Shown here in pieces: positions 62,881 through 64,000 of a stretch of DNA of 64,000 nucleotides. The position numbers were made by a program, and so were the translations under genes. The stretch comes from Dicyema japonicum (lineage: Eukaryota > Animalia > Dicyemida). The stretch covers positions 16,742-80,741 of the forward strand of contig RDEW01000015.1 in assembly GCA_011109175.1 (NCBI GenBank). The letters are read 5' to 3'. Each line of letters begins with the position of its first letter. Position 1 is the first letter of the stretch. Under the pieces are notes generated by a model. The model was given only the letters and a program-made list of their open reading frames with translations. It did not search any database and was not told where the DNA came from.

Positions 62881-63327
62881 TCAGGTAGTTGCCGCCCTCA
62901 CTGCGTGGCTGTTCCCTCTCAAAATTGCGAGCGAAATTCGCTCAAATAACCAGCGGCGTTCACGGAAATCTCCAGTCCATGAGGTGATCCGGTTTCCAAG
63001 ACGTCCGAGAAACTCGAGTGTAGAGGGGGAGTAGGATCCGGAAATCTCCATAGCAAGGGGAACAAATTTGACATCATCGGGAAGGTCGACGTATTTAACA
63101 AGTTTGGCCTTCTCCGCCTTTACGGATGCTGAACAGGCCCTTGTAGCACTCTCGTGAAGATTTTTCTGAGCAAACGTGTCTGTACATGTCACATCCCAAA
63201 CCAGTGGTTTCCCGGCCTCAAATGGAAATATGGTCATCCGGTCGTTTCCCGTCACTTCTGCATAACCCGACCGGTTCAAGAATGGCCGAGTATCCAGCGG
63301 CATCCATAGCTCGCCTGACAATTTCAT
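62881..63327 (-). mobile_element. CRE-like endonuclease 3' fragment inside the hAT
   Basis: [17 protein letters not shown]...KYVDL...FVPLAMEISG...ERISLAILRGNS. Confidence 0.88.
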
Positions 63328-64000
63328 TCTTCCAAATAAAATTTAAATGTTATATTTTATTATTTTAAGTTATAGATTTGACAAATTTAAATGCTAGATT
63401 TTATCATTTTAAGTGCTAACTTTTTTAATTATAATTGCTAGATTTTGTGATTTTTTAGCGCTAAAAAAATTTTTTTTAAGTGCTAGAAACAACTTGCCCT
63501 AGTCATCACTCACCGTGTTTTGACGATTGATATCCATTGTGGAGATATATTTACTCGAAATCTCTTAAAACTTGCTCAGATGAAATTTTTTGACGATATA
63601 AACTCAGAATTTTAGGTTCGGCTGATAACCAAATATGTTGATGAACACCTCCATGGGAAGAATTATCCTTGATATTTTGCCATTAATCAAAAAAAGTCCA
63701 CATATAGAACCAGTGATCTTATCCCTTATAAAATAGCAACAGAAAACCAGCTGTTTCAGGAGACATTTAGTACCCCAATTACATAATTTAGTGGCAAGAT
63801 AACCTATTTATTAGTAAACCTACGGTCATTGATCAGAATAACGTCTCACTAAAGTATTATTAATTTTATAATGTCTCATTTATTATCTCTTGAACAATTG
63901 TGAGTTTTACAAGAGTAACTAGTGATATAGTCTGTAAGCATATAATAGACCTTTCTTCCAAACACACGAGTATATTCAATATATTCGACCACGGGCATAT

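Larger units (their letters stand above)
61747..63501 (+). mobile_element. Defective hAT DNA transposon with nested retroelement fragments
   Basis: TIRs TAGGGCAA / TTGCCCTA; 8-bp TSD GTCATCAC (61739-61746, 63502-63509); subterminal TGCTA repeats; transposase C-terminal remnant CQASYASVERAIKMLK..DRNF at ~62580-62805. Confidence 0.88.

Noticed and set aside
1-64000. Ciliate origin or alternative genetic code suggested by the tiny introns
   Set aside because: TAA and TGA end conserved genes, TAG ends PCNA, Gln uses CAA/CAG, and an animal-type IF gene is present.

Overview
AT-rich eukaryotic nuclear DNA in the standard genetic code, from an animal with a miniaturised gene architecture. It is not prokaryotic. 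The ORF track is fragmented because genes are split by many ultra-short spliceosomal introns (almost all 20-28 nt, GT-AG, a few GC-AG). Splicing by hand gives: a USP36/42-like deubiquitinase, PCNA, a ~16-module Cys-rich secreted protein, RPL7, NUS1/NgBR, ZNF593/Bud20, a 10-PDZ tandem protein, a cytoplasmic intermediate filament with lamin-tail domain, a BAR-RhoGAP, SPATA6, and a small family of short signal-peptide genes. Intergenic DNA is mostly transposon debris: a young Jockey/I-type LINE with a TSD and a deleted derivative beside it, RTE-like, CRE-like and Penelope-like fragments, four copies of a tRNA-derived SINE, and a hAT element with an 8-bp TSD. The intron size fits dicyemid mesozoans or myxozoans, but I cannot identify the organism from this window. 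Most notable findings: (1) a candidate -1 ribosomal frameshift signal with covarying hairpins at the LINE ORF1/ORF2 junction; (2) roughly 8-fold excess of the palindrome CACGTG (by-eye count) in exons, introns and intergenic DNA; (3) ~23-nt introns with almost no donor consensus; (4) a natural K164R PCNA; (5) the Cys-module protein and the peptide family. The assembly has a gap, single-N joins with duplicated flanks and probable homopolymer indel errors. All gene models, counts and homology calls were made by eye or from memory, without searches.
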